The notes under the pieces are model-generated. The model saw only the letters and a program-made list of their open reading frames with translations. It was not told the origin of the DNA and searched no databases. Both the position numbers and the translations under genes were made by a program. Positions 22,802 to 25,424 of a DNA stretch of 25,424 bases are shown here, piece after piece. Positions within the stretch are counted from its first letter, which is position 1; every line of letters starts with the position of its first letter. Source of the DNA: a virus (taxonomy: Duplodnaviria; Caudoviricetes); IMG/VR virus record IMGVR_UViG_3300038492_000407, positions 1 to 25,424 of that record; one strand, given 5' to 3'.

Positions 22802-22811
22802 GGGACGGTGC

Positions 22812-24629
22812 ATGCCTCAGCTTCACGACATCATCAGGCAAGGCCAAACCAAGCGGGATAACCGCCACGGTTGGATTACCACCTGGGAAGAACTCGCCGA
22901 AACCTTCCTGCCTGTGAGGGAAGGTTTCACGGGTGAACTCACGCAGGGTCAAGAGCGTGGATATCGCAATTTCAGCGATGCCCCGCAATTGGCTCGGCGT
23001 GGGCTCTCGACTGCGCTGTCGACATTCAATAGGCCGGCCGGCAAGATCTGGCTCAAGGCCGTCACGTCGAACCGAGGACTGATGAGAGTGCCTGAGGTCA
23101 TCGCATGGTGCCAGGCAGTAACGCAGATCACATATGACGCGCTCTACCATCCGGACGCGCATATGGAACGCAATATGACCGAGGCTGATAACGATCTGAT
23201 CACCTTCGGCACCAACTGCGTAAAGATCGGCTGGAACCAGAAAAAACGGCACCTGACCTACAAAACCTACCACCTGAAAAACATCGTCATTGGTGTCGAC
23301 GAATTCAACAATGTTATCGCGGTCTGGTACTTCTGCAAGCTGCCACTGCGCGACATCGTTGAGATGTTCGGAGTGGACAAGCTCACGCAGCAAATGAAAC
23401 GTGCGTATCAGGAAAGCCCACCGCGGCTCGACGACAAGTTCGACATCGTTCACGCTTGCGTGCCGAACAAGGATTGGGCTGGCAGGTTCAGGCCGGGTGA
23501 TGGCGACTCTATGCGCCCGCCCGACATGCCTTACCTGTCGCTCTGGTGGGCCGAGAAGGACAAGGAACCACTAGACGTCGGCGGATATTGGGATTTCCCG
23601 TATCTGGTCGCGCGCTGGGACACTCAGAGCCAAGAGGACTACGGGCGGTCGCCGTCCATGGTTGCGCTCGATAGCGCACGACTGATCAATGAAATGGCGC
23701 GCGACATGGCTGATGCAGGCGCCAATGCCGTCAGGCCGCCCCTCGGTGCTTGGGGGGACTTCATCGCAGGTGATGTGCAATTGCACTCAGGCGGTCTGAC
23801 GCTCTTCGATAGCCAAGGCAAGTGGGATCGCAACGGCAACCCTATCTGGACGATCGAGACTGGCGCGATGCCAAAAGAGATCTTCCAGATGATGGAAATC
23901 ATCCGCGAAGACATCAAGGCCGCGTTCTTCCTGCACGTGCTCGAGCTTCCCGATGCTCGCGATACCGACATGACCGCAACCGAGGTCAATGCGCGCTATG
24001 ATGAATTCCTGCGCAACGGTGCCCCGACATTCTCGCGCGTTGAGAGTGAGTACAACGGCGGTCATCTGAACCGGGTATTCAGCATCTTGAACCGAGAGGG
24101 GATGTACCCGCCAGTTCCGGAAATACTCCGGGCAACGAACGAGAACATCGAATTTGAGTATGAGTCGCCGCTAAAGCAGCTGCGCAAGCGTGCCGAAGCC
24201 GTCAAGACGCTCGAGGGCATGTCCATGATTGGCGAGGGTGCCATGGTCATGGGCGAAGAAAAGGCTCTGGAGGTGTCCGACAACTTCAGCGCTGACGGAT
24301 ATGCCAGATACATGGCGGACAAGCTCGATATGCCAATGGAGCTTGTGAAGCCGTTCGAAGAAGTCATGGCAATACGCAAGCAGCGTGCAGAGCAGGCCGA
24401 AATGGCAATGATGGCAGAGATGGCCAACAAAGCCGCGCCAGCTGTTGCTGCAGCCGGAAACCTGCCGTCACAGCTTCTCGGTCCGGGCTCGCCTGTGGCT
24501 GAGGGTGGTGCGCTCGAAGGTGCCGACGTGCCAGGTGCTCTCGAGGCCGGCGCAGATGAGGCGGCTAACGTGTTCGGCGATGATGGCGGCGAGCCGATCG
24601 ATGCTGAATACGAGGACGTTGCAGCATGA
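22812..24629 (+). CDS. Portal / head-to-tail connector protein (T7 gp8 / BPP-1-like podovirus type)
   Basis: WEELAETFLP, DLITFGT, FPYLVARW....EDYGRSP.M.AL, MTATEV and EYESPL motifs. Confidence 0.92.
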   Translation: MPQLHDIIRQGQTKRDNRHGWITTWEELAETFLPVREGFTGELTQGQERGYRNFSDAPQLARRGLSTALSTFNRPAGKIWLKAVTSNRGLMRVPEVIAWCQAVTQITYDALYHPDAHMERNMTEADNDLITFGTNCVKIGWNQKKRHLTYKTYHLKNIVIGVDEFNNVIAVWYFCKLPLRDIVEMFGVDKLTQQMKRAYQESPPRLDDKFDIVHACVPNKDWAGRFRPGDGDSMRPPDMPYLSLWWAEKDKEPLDVGGYWDFPYLVARWDTQSQEDYGRSPSMVALDSARLINEMARDMADAGANAVRPPLGAWGDFIAGDVQLHSGGLTLFDSQGKWDRNGNPIWTIETGAMPKEIFQMMEIIREDIKAAFFLHVLELPDARDTDMTATEVNARYDEFLRNGAPTFSRVESEYNGGHLNRVFSILNREGMYPPVPEILRATNENIEFEYESPLKQLRKRAEAVKTLEGMSMIGEGAMVMGEEKALEVSDNFSADGYARYMADKLDMPMELVKPFEEVMAIRKQRAEQAEMAMMAEMANKAAPAVAAAGNLPSQLLGPGSPVAEGGALEGADVPGALEAGADEAANVFGDDGGEPIDAEYEDVAA

Positions 24630-24805
24630 CGAAGGATACAATCATCCTGACGGCCGTTATGCTTGTCCGCAAAGGTGACTATGTGGCCGTCGAAGTTGAG
24701 ATAGATGGTCGGTGGGTTGAGGTCATCCGGGAACGTTACGACGGTTACTTCTCGCATATCGTCGAACCGGCTGGCATTCGCAGAGCCAAGGACAAGGCGG
24801 CGTGA
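24626..24805 (+). CDS. Small hypothetical protein, 59 aa (MTKDTIILTAV...)
   Basis: Read manually; GAGGA RBS; ATGA and GTGA coupling on both sides. Confidence 0.55.
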   Translation: MTKDTIILTAVMLVRKGDYVAVEVEIDGRWVEVIRERYDGYFSHIVEPAGIRRAKDKAA

Positions 24806-25026
24806 TTAAGTTCGAAGTGGTGGCTCTGGCACACATTACCGAGCCTCTTTACTCGCCAGCTGCAAGGATATCTGTGATCGAGCCCAACATTGTTGGAATT
24901 GAGGTGTTTGGTCCAACAGGTTTGCGCGCTGTTTTCGATTCTCGCGATGATGCTGAAATGTTTGCGGCTGATTGCAACAACACTTCAAACGGTCCAGTCT
25001 TTATCGTTAGGCCAATGAGGCAGTGA
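24802..25026 (+). CDS. Hypothetical protein
   Basis: Coupled overlaps. Confidence 0.55.
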   Translation: MIKFEVVALAHITEPLYSPAARISVIEPNIVGIEVFGPTGLRAVFDSRDDAEMFAADCNNTSNGPVFIVRPMRQ

Positions 25027-25247
25027 TGACAGACAACGTTGTCGACCTTCCTGTGATTACTCGGCTCGATATACCGCCTGAAAAGGTGCTCAGCCGCGCA
25101 CTTGAAGCCGGCCTGACTGACGTAGTGGTCATTGGATACGATGCCGATGGCCAGGAATACTTTGCAAGCAGCAAGGCGGACGGCAAAGACGTCTTATGGC
25201 TGCTGGAACGTGGCAAAATTTGTCTATTAAGGACGGTTGAGGAATGA
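25023..25247 (+). CDS. Conserved phage hypothetical protein
   Basis: TRLDIPPEKVL..A....LTDVVVIGYD.DG.EYFASS.....VLWLLER pattern. Confidence 0.7.
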   Translation: MMTDNVVDLPVITRLDIPPEKVLSRALEAGLTDVVVIGYDADGQEYFASSKADGKDVLWLLERGKICLLRTVEE

Positions 25248-25407
25248 GCGGACCATTTCCACACAAGAGCGTGCGAGACGCGCGCCGGCTGCGCACAGAT
25301 CGCGTAGGGCCGGCTGCTCAGTCAGTCGAAGAGGTCGAGCAGCGCAAGGACGATGAACTCAAGCTCGCGAAGTCTTTCCGCAACGTCTACGGCACACCCG
25401 ACGGGAT
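25244..25407 (+). CDS. Truncated Bbp19-like protein downstream of the portal
   Basis: Read manually: ...LAKSFRNVYGTPDG; position after the connector; cut by the primer tag. Confidence 0.5.
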
Positions 25408-25424
25408 GATCGTGACTGGGAAAC
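25408..25424 (-). other. Random-amplification primer tag (reverse complement); library artefact
   Basis: GATCGTGACTGGGAAAC is the reverse complement of positions 1-17. Confidence 0.95.

Noticed and set aside
22924-22938. parS-like GTTTCACGGGTGAAC in the portal gene
   Set aside because: Wrong spacing and mismatches; explained by coding sequence.
22112-24757. Long - strand ORFs 22112-22813, 22674-23453 and 24062-24757
   Set aside because: Antisense shadows of the portal region, expected at this GC content and codon bias.
1-25424. Terminal inverted repeats suggesting a transposon or protein-primed linear genome
   Set aside because: The sequence is the known amplification primer, it interrupts ORFs at both ends, and no transposase or protein-primed polymerase is present.

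Overview
A 25.4-kb fragment of a tailed dsDNA phage genome, probably infecting an alphaproteobacterium (Omp25/RopB-type barrel; CTTGAC-N17-CTATAT-type promoters). Both ends carry the random-amplification primer tag GTTTCCCAGTCACGATC, so this is a virome contig and the ends are not genome termini. The early region is lambdoid: leftward YqaJ exonuclease, NDT-like protein and ERF annealase; a divergent promoter region with one Cro-like HTH and no CI; a replication initiator with internal iterons; MT-A70 and C5 methyltransferases; and a NusG-family factor. An accessory region follows (outer-membrane barrel, an inverted gene block, lipoprotein, Arc), then a tRNA/ncRNA cluster and a podovirus-type packaging and head module (TerS, TerL, three tandem paralogous small proteins, head-to-tail connector). 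The most notable signals are: (1) a perfect chromosomal-type parS palindrome TGTTTCACGTGAAACA inside a structured intergenic leader, with no parA/parB in the window; (2) a C5-MTase whose motif IX is overprinted in a second reading frame; (3) an atypical fMet-like tRNA followed by unassigned tRNA-like and structured RNAs; (4) a shared hairpin plus TCCATTG..ACCTTGGGCA element in both early leaders, at nutL/nutR-equivalent positions; (5) a shared TTG-n-GGGCAAATCAC motif at two putative late promoters. All protein calls come from motif recognition by eye; no database searches or folding programs were run.
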